Positions 1 through 7,665 of a stretch of DNA of 62,685 nt are shown here, piece after piece. The DNA lies in IMG/VR virus record IMGVR_UViG_3300032242_000480, positions 1-62,685 of that record; one strand, 5' to 3'. The notes under the pieces were generated by a model. That model was not told the DNA's origin, did no database searches, and saw nothing but the letters and a program-made list of their open reading frames with translations. Position 1 is the first letter of the stretch. Every line of letters begins with the position of its first letter. This DNA comes from a virus (Duplodnaviria > Caudoviricetes). Both the position numbers and the translations under genes were made by a program.

Positions 1-123
1 CACACTACCTCAGACTTCTTCCACCGCCGCGCTCTAAGGATTCGCCCACGCTCCCTGCTTTGGCTTGCTCATGTAACAGGGTTGTTTAAGAAGCCACCAT
101 CGACGTACCGCATGGATTCCGAG
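1..123. repeat. Terminal direct repeat, copy 1 (circular assembly overlap)
   Basis: 1-123 is identical to 62563-62685. Confidence 0.95.
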
Positions 124-145
124 TTGGGCGTGGAAAGTACAGACG

Positions 146-308
146 AAAAAAAGCCGCTTGCAACTGCGATCCCGGTAGCAACCTTGCCAAATGACCCTCC
201 CACAGAGAGCATTTGGTAAGGCGGAATCGCATGTGTAAGCGGCCTTGATTTGTTTGTTACTTGCTACGGCAACAGCCCGAATGTATCACATACGAACAGT
301 TGGTGCAA
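146..308 (-). promoter_or_regulatory. sigma70-like promoter followed by a long bulged hairpin ending in a U-tract (attenuator/terminator; c4-target-like architecture)
   Basis: Minus-strand TTGCAC(308-303)-N17-TACATT(285-280). Stems 153-162/234-243, 165-174/222-231 and 182-193/210-221, then T7 at 152-146. The bulge at 175-181 is complementary to 261-267. Confidence 0.6.
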
Positions 309-375
309 GATATTTAATAGGGATAAACCCTTACAGTCTCCTACGCAGACTGTACGCTCTGCCGCGCAGGGTGCA

Positions 376-454
376 TGGTAGCGGGGGCAGGATTTGAACC
401 TGCGATCTTCGGCTTATGAGACCAACGAGGACGACCTGACTCCTCTACCCCGCA
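376..454 (-). tRNA. tRNA-Met(CAT), initiator-like
   Basis: Cloverleaf TGCGGGGTAGAGGAGTCAGGTCGTCCTCGTTGGTCTCATAAGCCGAAGATCGCAGGTTCAAATCCTGCCCCCGCTACCA with encoded CCA, GGTTCAAATCC T-arm and a 1:72 mismatch. Confidence 0.93.
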
Positions 455-459
455 GCAAA

Positions 460-770
460 TGTTGTTGGCAACCGAGAACCCCCAGTCCTACAGCGATCAT
501 CTACTCATGTGAATACATCGACTGCTTAACCAACACGGCTGAGAACTGATAGGGGGCACTGCCCTTCAAGGCTCCGGCACTCTCGGAGTCAATCCCCATG
601 CGTGTTAGTTGTTGGTGCCCCCATGAAGCAGGGTCGGCAGGACAACACTTCACTGAAACCTGCCCCGGCGCTGACCCGATTTGCACCAACAAGGGAAACC
701 ACAGCCCGCCCATCTCAAACACCGACAGCCTAGAAAACGGCGTCTGGTCTCAGCGGTGTGGCCCTTGATC
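460..770 (-). ncRNA. Candidate array of structured RNA modules upstream of the tRNA
   Basis: Tandem units closed by GTTGG(T)...(A)CCAAC stems (about 462-535, 528-610, 609-692). G-U pairs in unit 2 work on the minus strand. No credible CDS. Confidence 0.45.
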
Positions 771-969
771 AAAAGGCTCACGGCTATGGCTTCTCTTCTT
801 GATGCTGTTCGCAAATTGTAGTCTGAAATCTCGCAACTTGCCGCAACTACCGCAACTGCGGTGCGTTTAAACATATCAAGGAATGAATTCAGAGAGTAGC
901 TCATGAGATGAGCCACCTGATGTAAACTTGCTGGGCGGGTTCTCTCCTCCCGCAAATGCAGTTGCATTC

Positions 970-1003
970 CTTTTGCCCCGGCCTAGCGCCGGGGTTTCTT
1001 TTT
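970..1003. terminator. Intrinsic terminator-like hairpin at the end of the rusA-like gene
   Basis: CCCCGGC-CTAGC-GCCGGGG with adjacent T-runs on the + strand. Confidence 0.4.
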
Positions 1004-1405
1004 GGGGGCTACCTCCTCCATCTTTTCCACGATGATTTCAGACCTTGGGTTCTCAGGGTCGAGCCTCCAGTATGTGTGCCGCTCCTTCACCTGACGGTCG
1101 TTCTCATACACCCTGTCTTGCATCAGGTCGAGGATCAGGGACTCATCCAAGTCCGGTCTGCGGCTGGCGTAGTAGATCACCATCGTCACCCTCAAGTCTC
1201 CAGTCATGAGCTTCGCCAGCGGCCTGCATTGCTGTTTAAACACATCAGAGTAGTTCAACGCCTTCTGCGATTTGATTAACCGGGACATGGTTCCGAACCG
1301 GACAACCCTCCGCGAATTTGCTTTTGATGCAGGCTCACCAAAAATAATTAGTGATAGGGCTTGCAATTCATGTATGATGGCACTATCATTCAGTTTCGTA
1401 GTCAT
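983..1405 (-). CDS. rusA: RusA-like Holliday junction resolvase
   Basis: GEPASKANSRR ... RRPDLDES..LDLMQ..VYENDRQV motif pattern. Start is uncertain (ATG 1405 or TTG 1366). Confidence 0.75.
   Translation of the reverse strand: MTTKLNDSAIIHELQALSLIIFGEPASKANSRRVVRFGTMSRLIKSQKALNYSDVFKQQCRPLAKLMTGDLRVTMVIYYASRRPDLDESLILDLMQDRVYENDRQVKERHTYWRLDPENPRSEIIVEKMEEVAPKKKPRR
1361..1389 (+). promoter_or_regulatory. sigma70-like promoter for the rightward operon
   Basis: TTGCAA-N17-TATCAT, followed by SD AAGGAG at 1414 and ATG at 1425. Confidence 0.6.
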
Positions 1406-1424
1406 ATCAACCCAAGGAGAAAAG

Positions 1425-2297
1425 ATGAAAATCACGAACGTTCACAACGTCCCGCAGCCGCTAGTGACTCTAGCATCCAAACAATACTACAGCAAGGGGG
1501 CATCTGATTACAGCGTCACCGAACTGATGTCTCCTCCCCGTGTGCGCCGCCTGAAGGAGAAGCATGATGCTGATCTGGTGCAGGATGTATCTCAGATGCT
1601 GTGGCCCCTGCTTGGCTCTGCCTTGCACGTAGTCATGGAGCGCGGCATCACTGACGGGTGGATCACTGAGGAGCGTCTGTTTGCCAAGATGGATGAGGTC
1701 ACCCTCTCCGGTGCGATCGACATCCAAGAAGAAACGCCCGAGGGGCTGATCATCCACGACTACAAGATGACATCTGCGTGGGCGGTGATGAATGACAAGA
1801 TTGAGTGGGAGCAACAACTCAATGTGTACAAGTGGTTGGTTGAGACCACAAAAAACAAGAAGGTGATCGGGCTTCGCATCTGCGCCCTGATCCGTGACTT
1901 CAGCCGCCATGAGATGGGCCGCGCTGGTTACCCGCAGTCCCCTATCCATGTGATCGAGTTGCCCATGTGGGACAGCTACAAAGCTGAGACATACATCCGT
2001 GAGCGTTTAAATGTTCACCGCGACTCTAAGGTCGCCGCAGACTTCGGTGAGTCACTGCCCGAGTGCTCACCAGAAGAACAGTGGATGTCGGAAACGACAT
2101 ACGCTGTGAAGAGAGAAGGTCGCAAGACAGCGATCCGTGTTTTGAAGGATGCAACTGAAGCCAGTGAGATGGCAGAAAAGGAGAAAGGCTATGTCGAAAC
2201 CCGACTCGGAGAACCCAAGAGATGCACCGGGAACTACTGCGGAGTCGCAGACCACTGCGAGCAGTTCAAGCGATTCAAAGCCGCTAACGCAGTTTGA
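1425..2297 (+). CDS. Cas4-like PD-(D/E)XK exonuclease
   Basis: GSALH..ME, SGAID, HDYK, QLNVY motifs and a C-terminal Cys cluster (RC...YC....HC). Good SD before 1425. Confidence 0.85.
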   Translation: MKITNVHNVPQPLVTLASKQYYSKGASDYSVTELMSPPRVRRLKEKHDADLVQDVSQMLWPLLGSALHVVMERGITDGWITEERLFAKMDEVTLSGAIDIQEETPEGLIIHDYKMTSAWAVMNDKIEWEQQLNVYKWLVETTKNKKVIGLRICALIRDFSRHEMGRAGYPQSPIHVIELPMWDSYKAETYIRERLNVHRDSKVAADFGESLPECSPEEQWMSETTYAVKREGRKTAIRVLKDATEASEMAEKEKGYVETRLGEPKRCTGNYCGVADHCEQFKRFKAANAV

Positions 2298-2586
2298 ACA
2301 GCGCAAGAAAGACTGGTGGGAGTGGCACAAAGCAAACCCTCATGTCTGGTTGTTCTTTGAGCGGTTCTCAATGGAGGCCGTGCGGAAGGGGCGAAAGAAG
2401 ATCAGCCACTGGCTCATCATCAATCGCATCAGATGGGAGGTCAACATTGTCACCACCGGGGAAGACTTCAAGATCAGCAATGACTACATCGCGTTTTACG
2501 CGAGGCTTTGGAAAGCAAAGCACCCACAGCATAAAGACCTGTTTACAACCAAGCGAATGATCGGAGAACCGAATGACACCGAATGA
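2191..2586 (+). CDS. Hypothetical protein (conserved-looking phage ORF overlapping the exonuclease 3' end)
   Basis: SD AAGGAG before ATG 2191. The C-terminal part (NPHVW..FE..RIRWE..FKISNDYIAFYAR) looks like a folded domain. Confidence 0.7.
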   Translation: MSKPDSENPRDAPGTTAESQTTASSSSDSKPLTQFEQRKKDWWEWHKANPHVWLFFERFSMEAVRKGRKKISHWLIINRIRWEVNIVTTGEDFKISNDYIAFYARLWKAKHPQHKDLFTTKRMIGEPNDTE

Positions 2587-3226
2587 ACTGCTCAAGGTCA
2601 ACGTCAATGACCACACGGAGAAGAAGAACGGCCTGACCTACCTGTCATGGGCATGGGCATGGGCCAAAGTGTTGGAGGCTGACCCTGCCGCCAACTACGA
2701 GGTGAAGACATTCCCTCACATGGACAACCCCGGCCTGACTTTGCCGTACATGGATTTGGGAGGCTCATGTTTTGTTTGGGTCACTGTAACCATCCACGGC
2801 AAACCGATGACCGTACAACTGCCTGTGATGGACTACCGCAACAAATGCATCCCCGCTCCCAATGCGTTTGACATCAACACATCCATCATGCGTTGCTTGG
2901 TCAAGGGCATCGCCATGCATGGACTGGGTCTGTACATCTACGCAGGGGAAGACCTGCCAATGATCAACGATGAAGCTGACGCGCCAGAAGAAAAGGCAAA
3001 GCCAGCCCCCAAGGTTGAGACCGACCCACAGACACGCGCAGACGATGAATTATTCGTTGACGCCATGATCCAGTACACCAGCCTGTCGGCCAGTGTTAAG
3101 GATTTAAACAGCTACTGGAAGTCCAACCAAGGACAACTGGACAAGCTCAAGGTCACAAGCCCTGACCTCTACGACAAAGTTCGCAACGTCTTTGCCGATC
3201 TTAAAAAATCATTCACTCAGGAGTAA
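2573..3226 (+). CDS. sak: Sak-type (DUF1071, Rad52-like) single-strand annealing protein
   Basis: KKNGLTYLSWAWAW ... LPVMDYRN ... INTSIMRCLVKGIAMHGLGLYIYAGEDLP signature. Confidence 0.9.
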   Translation: MTPNELLKVNVNDHTEKKNGLTYLSWAWAWAKVLEADPAANYEVKTFPHMDNPGLTLPYMDLGGSCFVWVTVTIHGKPMTVQLPVMDYRNKCIPAPNAFDINTSIMRCLVKGIAMHGLGLYIYAGEDLPMINDEADAPEEKAKPAPKVETDPQTRADDELFVDAMIQYTSLSASVKDLNSYWKSNQGQLDKLKVTSPDLYDKVRNVFADLKKSFTQE

Positions 3227-3229
3227 ACC

Positions 3230-3634
3230 ATGAAAGCATCAATCATCATCATCGCCGCGCTGGCCTTAACTGCGTGTGGCAAAAACGAAGTCAGCTTTAA
3301 CTCATTGGAGGAAGCCAAGGGCACAGCGCGTGAGAATGCAATGTGGAACGCGCAGAAGTACCGCCAAGAGAACGTTTTGCTCAAGGGCTGGGACATTGTC
3401 GGGCGCGGTGACTCAACGCAAGACAACGCTTGCCCTCAAGGCGATGGCTGGGCCACGATGGAGTTTGTCAATCCAGAAAAAACACAGATCGTGAAGGTCA
3501 AGTGTTCCACGGTATCTGGCAACACCGGATGCTTGGAAGATGCAGACTTCAAGACCAAGCCGTTTGCCTCGGATGATGGGCACTGCCAGCCTACCAACAA
3601 GGTTCCCTACCCTCTGCCAAAGATTGCCAAATGA
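3230..3634 (+). CDS. Lipoprotein with paired cysteines
   Basis: MKASIIIIAALALTA|C lipobox, four further Cys. Confidence 0.8.
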   Translation: MKASIIIIAALALTACGKNEVSFNSLEEAKGTARENAMWNAQKYRQENVLLKGWDIVGRGDSTQDNACPQGDGWATMEFVNPEKTQIVKVKCSTVSGNTGCLEDADFKTKPFASDDGHCQPTNKVPYPLPKIAK

Positions 3635-3753
3635 TCGCAACAATCAGTTTTAGCTCAATGGCCGAATGGATCATCGGTGCTTACATCGCGGGATGCATGA
3701 CCGGATCAGCATTCATGCTGTGGCTGTATACCCGCAAGTCCAACAAAAAATAA
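3631..3753 (+). CDS. Small membrane protein (40 aa; not in the ORF track)
   Basis: ATGA overlap with the upstream stop. MIATISFSSMAEWIIGAYIAGCMTGSAFMLWLYTRKSNKK has one TM helix and a basic tail. Confidence 0.65.
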   Translation: MIATISFSSMAEWIIGAYIAGCMTGSAFMLWLYTRKSNKK

Positions 3754-3778
3754 CCCATCACCTATCAAAGGAAAAATC

Positions 3779-4012
3779 ATGGAAAACAACGAACTGACGT
3801 TTGGGCAAAAAGCCTGTGGAGTTAGCTTTAACCCCGGAGGCCATCCCGGTGTGGCAATGATGAAGAATCAGTTTGCCGCCCTTGTAGACATTCTGCATAC
3901 CAACCGCGAAATGAATTCTGATCCAGATGTCAAGCGTATGTTGAGCATTGCAATCACCGAAGCACAGACTGCGCAAATGTGGGCAGTCAAAGCAATCACT
4001 TGGACTAACTGA
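3779..4012 (+). CDS. Acb2/Tad1-like helical-hairpin protein (candidate anti-defence nucleotide sponge)
   Basis: C-terminal R.LSIAITEAQTAQMWAVKAITW pattern, 77 aa. Confidence 0.6.
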   Translation: MENNELTFGQKACGVSFNPGGHPGVAMMKNQFAALVDILHTNREMNSDPDVKRMLSIAITEAQTAQMWAVKAITWTN

Positions 4013-4023
4013 AAGGAAAAATC

Positions 4024-4323
4024 ATGTCTGAAAAATTCAAACCATATCCCGATGCAGGTTCTCTCCGCGCCAGCGGCACGAAGAAAGGCCCGAAGTCTCC
4101 CGACTACTGGGGCACGATTGCCATCAACCTCAAAGACCTGACCAACATCCACACAGAGGACGGCCTGACGGTCGTGAAGCTCAGTGGCTGGAAGAAGGTT
4201 GACCGCGCAGGTAAGACTTACCTGTCGATTGCTGTTGATCGCTTTGTGCCCAACGCACAAGGTGCCCGTCAGGAATCTCAGGCGCAGTCCTTCCCTGATG
4301 ATGACAGCGACATCCCATTCTGA
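4024..4323 (+). CDS. SSB-like ssDNA-binding protein
   Basis: PDYWG..I, SGWKK, YLSI beta-strand pattern with acidic tail DDDSDIPF; lies next to Sak. Confidence 0.75.
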   Translation: MSEKFKPYPDAGSLRASGTKKGPKSPDYWGTIAINLKDLTNIHTEDGLTVVKLSGWKKVDRAGKTYLSIAVDRFVPNAQGARQESQAQSFPDDDSDIPF

Positions 4324-4333
4324 GGAGAACAAC

Positions 4334-5017
4334 ATGGATTTGACCTACCAAGGAAAAGGATACGCTTTTGTGTCGGCAAATCCAGATTGCACTTTTGAGC
4401 AGTTTCAAAAGGCAACTGGATGCACCAAGCAATCATGGTACGACAGTCGGCACAAGGTAAAAAAGAATGGCGTGAGGTCATCTGCAAAACTTCAGAATGA
4501 CACGAAGTTTCTGATTTCCAACCCCAACGCCACAGCCGAGGAATACATTGCAAAGTTTGGCGGGACTCAACACAGCTACAGCCAAGCTCGAGGCAGGGCA
4601 AAGAAATACTTGAAAGTTCGCGGCCTTGAGAAACTGATGACGCCTTTCCGTAAAAGAAAACCTACAAAGGTTAAAGCCGCCCCCAAAGCTGCCGAAGCTC
4701 CAAGCAATCCGTTTAAACAGGAAAACCCTGATCAGGTTCGCTTGGAACAGGCTTACGCCCGCGATGGTGTTGAGCAAATGAATGAGATCGTCAGTCTTGG
4801 CATCACGCCTGATTTCATTTGGTATGAGTCCACCATCATTCGCAACGACTTTGAGCGAACCATGAGCCGCTTTGAGCATCTGGTGCGTGTGATGGAAGCC
4901 CGTCAGGCGGACAACAACAAGGTGATGTCTCGCATGGTGGATGATTACAAGAAGCTGCGCGAGGAGAACAAGTCTCTGACCGCCATCTTGGAATCCAAAA
5001 CCAATCCGGGAGCCTGA
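4334..5017 (+). CDS. Hypothetical DNA-binding protein with two internal helical repeats and a C-terminal coiled coil
   Basis: SD GAGGAG. Repeats NPDCTFEQFQKATGCTKQSWYDSR and NPNATAEEYIAKFGGTQHSYSQAR. Confidence 0.65.
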   Translation: MDLTYQGKGYAFVSANPDCTFEQFQKATGCTKQSWYDSRHKVKKNGVRSSAKLQNDTKFLISNPNATAEEYIAKFGGTQHSYSQARGRAKKYLKVRGLEKLMTPFRKRKPTKVKAAPKAAEAPSNPFKQENPDQVRLEQAYARDGVEQMNEIVSLGITPDFIWYESTIIRNDFERTMSRFEHLVRVMEARQADNNKVMSRMVDDYKKLREENKSLTAILESKTNPGA

Positions 5018-5018
5018 C

Positions 5019-5426
5019 ATGGCACTTCAATTTGAAGCTAGAAAAATTGCCATGAAGCAAGACAGAACAGGTTTTGTCTTGACGCTCTGCATTCATCCGG
5101 ATGAGCTGCCAGATGAGCTAATCCGTGACTTTGTTGGGGCGCGGTATGGATGTGCGCTTGTCCGTATCCAAGACGATGAGTCTGCGACCCCGTACAGCAA
5201 CCGAGTTCAAAAGGCTGGGATGCTGTGCCGGGATGAGAATTTCCAAGAGTTCATTGCCCAGCGTTTGGTTGGTCACTCAGTCAATGAGGATCAAACAGCG
5301 CATGCCCTGTGTAAACAGTGCGGCATTGAATCCCGATCTGAGTTGAACGGCAACGCCAAGGCTCAGGAAATGTTTGACGCAATGGTGATTGATTATGAAA
5401 ACTGGACAAAAGATGACGCCTTCTAA
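5019..5426 (+). CDS. Hypothetical protein
   Basis: 135-aa ORF in a tightly packed operon. Confidence 0.75.
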   Translation: MALQFEARKIAMKQDRTGFVLTLCIHPDELPDELIRDFVGARYGCALVRIQDDESATPYSNRVQKAGMLCRDENFQEFIAQRLVGHSVNEDQTAHALCKQCGIESRSELNGNAKAQEMFDAMVIDYENWTKDDAF

Positions 5427-5736
5427 CAACTACAAACCTTTCATGGCGTACATCACGCCAGCGGACTACGCTCGACTGCGCAAGCTGTCTACTAAATCTA
5501 AGATTCCAATGTCACAGTTGGTGCGGGAAGGCATCTCTTCTCGCTTGTCCACGGGTAACCCTCATGTCGCAGGATTTAACGATGGTTTGACAAAGGCTGT
5601 GCAGATTGTCAGTGGACTGACTGCGTCTGAGATGCGGTTCCCATCGGGCAAATCCTTTGGTGAGTTGGTTGCCGAAGCTGTGATGGCGCAGGTCATTGTG
5701 GAGGAGAAGAATGAAAATTCTCAGGGGCCAGCGTAA
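5413..5736 (+). CDS. Ribbon-helix-helix DNA-binding protein
   Basis: KPFMAYITPADYARLRKLS..SKIPMSQLVREGI strand-helix-helix pattern. Confidence 0.6.
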   Translation: MTPSNNYKPFMAYITPADYARLRKLSTKSKIPMSQLVREGISSRLSTGNPHVAGFNDGLTKAVQIVSGLTASEMRFPSGKSFGELVAEAVMAQVIVEEKNENSQGPA

Positions 5737-5989
5737 CCAGTGCCAAGGGTGCAAGGAATACTTCAACAGCAACTACGCTTTTGATAAGCACCGCACTGGC
5801 GATCATGGCAAAAACCGCAGATGTCTTACCCCGGCAGAAATGCTTGAAAAAGGAATGGCTTTAAACGAAGCCGGTTTCTGGGTGGGCAACCCACAACAAT
5901 CACACTGGAGAGAAGAAGATGCAAACGAGGAAACTGAAGATAGTTCCGGCGGAGAAGAAGACTCAACCCCAATCCCTGTTAGACCCTAA
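5711..5989 (+). CDS. Phage FDxHR zinc-binding protein
   Basis: CQGCKEYF...AFDKHRTG....RRCL motif. Confidence 0.7.
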   Translation: MKILRGQRNQCQGCKEYFNSNYAFDKHRTGDHGKNRRCLTPAEMLEKGMALNEAGFWVGNPQQSHWREEDANEETEDSSGGEEDSTPIPVRP

Positions 5990-6095
5990 CTTTAAGTACG
6001 TCAGCGCGGCGGCAACAGACATCACGCAGACATGGCGCAGATTTGGTTGGAAGCCAATTGAAAACCGGAGGAAGCACTATGAAAGCGGTACTTGA
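5919..6095 (+). CDS. Small hypothetical protein (58 aa; not in the ORF track)
   Basis: SD GGAG. MQTRKL...LDPNFKYVSAAATDITQTWRRFGWKP; fills the gap in the operon. Confidence 0.6.
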   Translation: MQTRKLKIVPAEKKTQPQSLLDPNFKYVSAAATDITQTWRRFGWKPIENRRKHYESGT

Positions 6096-6285
6096 GTTTA
6101 ACTACCCAGAAGACACAGAGAAGTGCCGCAGAGCCATCCATGCAGATGAGGCATTCGACACCCTCTGGTCAATCCGTGAGAAGGTTAACAAGAAGTTTGC
6201 TCACAAGGCTGATCTGGAATCTGTGCTGCGGTATGTGCAGGAGATTGTGGATGACGCTTTGAAGATTTCAGGAGAAGACATATGA
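6079..6285 (+). CDS. Hypothetical protein
   Basis: SD GGAGG before MKAVLEFNYPED. Confidence 0.7.
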   Translation: MKAVLEFNYPEDTEKCRRAIHADEAFDTLWSIREKVNKKFAHKADLESVLRYVQEIVDDALKISGEDI

Positions 6286-6449
6286 AGAAGCATTTCTGGG
6301 CCATATGGCAGGGCAAGGGCGTTTTGATGGACAAGGAGAACCGCCCGTTGATTTTTCCCCGTCTGGTGGATGCGAAGGTTTGGATGATTGAGCATCCATT
6401 TGCTCACGCACGGATTGTGAAGTGCCACATTCAGGAGGAAGAAGCATGA
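6282..6449 (+). CDS. Small hypothetical protein (55 aa; not in the ORF track)
   Basis: ATGA overlaps at both ends; MKKHFWAIWQGKG... Confidence 0.6.
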   Translation: MKKHFWAIWQGKGVLMDKENRPLIFPRLVDAKVWMIEHPFAHARIVKCHIQEEEA

Positions 6450-6634
6450 ACAACAAAACAACTTACCGCCTACTGGCTGTGTTCCTGATCATCTTCTGGT
6501 CAGGGTTGATCTGGCTGAGTTTTCAACTGGCAACGCCTGAGAAACGGATTGATTGCAGCATGGCTGAGTTCCACCCGGACTACACCGCCGAGATGCGCAA
6601 GGCTTGTCGTGAACGCAGGAGCCATAAGTTATGA
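6446..6634 (+). CDS. Small membrane-anchored protein
   Basis: TM segment followed by DCSMAEFHPD....RKACR. Confidence 0.7.
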   Translation: MNNKTTYRLLAVFLIIFWSGLIWLSFQLATPEKRIDCSMAEFHPDYTAEMRKACRERRSHKL

Positions 6635-6849
6635 AAGACACCCTGAAGATGGCCCATGAAGCTGGGCTTAATGTTGGCCACGCAGGAACAACCAACACTG
6701 TGTGGGGTAGCGACGAAAACCTCGAAGCCTTCGAGGCCCTTGTACGTTCTGATGAGCGTAAAAGGTTTTGCGATGTACTGAGTCAACTGCATGATTCATA
6801 TTCATTGGCAAGCGACCCAAGAGCCATCCGAGCAAGGAGAAACACATGA
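6631..6849 (+). CDS. Hypothetical protein (mosaic small-ORF family)
   Basis: ATGA overlaps; F.ALVR.DER and AIRAR motifs shared with neighbours. Confidence 0.7.
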   Translation: MKDTLKMAHEAGLNVGHAGTTNTVWGSDENLEAFEALVRSDERKRFCDVLSQLHDSYSLASDPRAIRARRNT

Positions 6850-7067
6850 CCAAAGAACGATTGATTGAGTTGGCAAAACAAGCAGGATGGGAATACGCCG
6901 ACGGTGATCGTGGATTTGAACCGCTTTGGGATTTTGCCGAACTTGTTCGTGCTGATGAACGCGAGGCGTGTGCAAAGGTGTGTGATGCAGTGCATTCGGA
7001 ATATGAAGGCGAAGAAGTGTCCGCAAGTTGGATTGCCGCCGCCATCCGAAACAGGGGAAACACATGA
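6846..7067 (+). CDS. Hypothetical protein (mosaic small-ORF family)
   Basis: FAELVRADEREACAKVC...AAAIR. Confidence 0.75.
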   Translation: MTKERLIELAKQAGWEYADGDRGFEPLWDFAELVRADEREACAKVCDAVHSEYEGEEVSASWIAAAIRNRGNT

Positions 7068-7399
7068 CTGACAAACAACTACTGAAGCAGGCGCTGGAAA
7101 CGCAGCGCTATGCGCTTGCTTGCTTGTTAAACCAGTTAAGCACAAAAGACAAACACGCTTATGCGGTTGAAAAGCTGGATGCAAGCATCACCGCCATCCG
7201 AGCAAGGCTGGAGCAGCCAGAAGAAAAATACACATACGGCACACCATTGCTGGATGCGTTTACCAACCCACCCGCACAGCCAGCACCTGCACAGCGAGAG
7301 CACATCACAGACGGAAGCCAATGCTGGTGCGAACCTGAAACAGATTACATAGACCCCGAGACTGGCGCAGCAGTCATCGTTCACAAGGAGCCGCAATGA
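7064..7399 (+). CDS. Hypothetical protein (mosaic small-ORF family)
   Basis: LLKQALE...AITAIRARLEQP...CWCEP. Confidence 0.7.
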   Translation: MTDKQLLKQALETQRYALACLLNQLSTKDKHAYAVEKLDASITAIRARLEQPEEKYTYGTPLLDAFTNPPAQPAPAQREHITDGSQCWCEPETDYIDPETGAAVIVHKEPQ

Positions 7400-7665
7400 A
7401 ACAATTGATTGAAGACCTTATCACTGCGATGGAGTATCACATCGAGCAGACGCGCCCTGTCCACATGACAACCGTGGCGATTCAAGCAGCGAAGGATGCA
7501 CTCAAGGCAATGGCTACCACCCCACCAGCAGCACAGCGGCAATGGGTTGGGCTGACGGATGAGGAAAGAAAAGAGATTGCCGAGCAGTGCATACAGCCTT
7601 TGATTTTTCTTGTGAAAGATCATGCGCAAGCCATCGAAGCCAAGCTGCGCGAGAAAAACACATGA
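7396..7665 (+). CDS. Hypothetical protein (mosaic small-ORF family)
   Basis: WVGLTDEE...AIEAKLREKNT. Confidence 0.75.
   Translation: MKQLIEDLITAMEYHIEQTRPVHMTTVAIQAAKDALKAMATTPPAAQRQWVGLTDEERKEIAEQCIQPLIFLVKDHAQAIEAKLREKNT

Noticed and set aside
318-375. Theta/HDV-like ribozyme 3' of the tRNA
   Set aside because: Only two simple hairpins are present. I could not build the nested double pseudoknot or place a G at the cleavage position.
460-700. CRISPR mini-array
   Set aside because: The recurring GTTGG/CCAAC elements are short inverted stems, not 25-40-nt direct repeats with regular spacers. The Cas4-like gene is a typical stand-alone phage exonuclease.
650-967. 105-aa minus-strand ORF, and ORF 501-722
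   Set aside because: No recognisable domain, and both run into the structured RNA region. I cannot support them as CDS, although a shorter peptide is not excluded.
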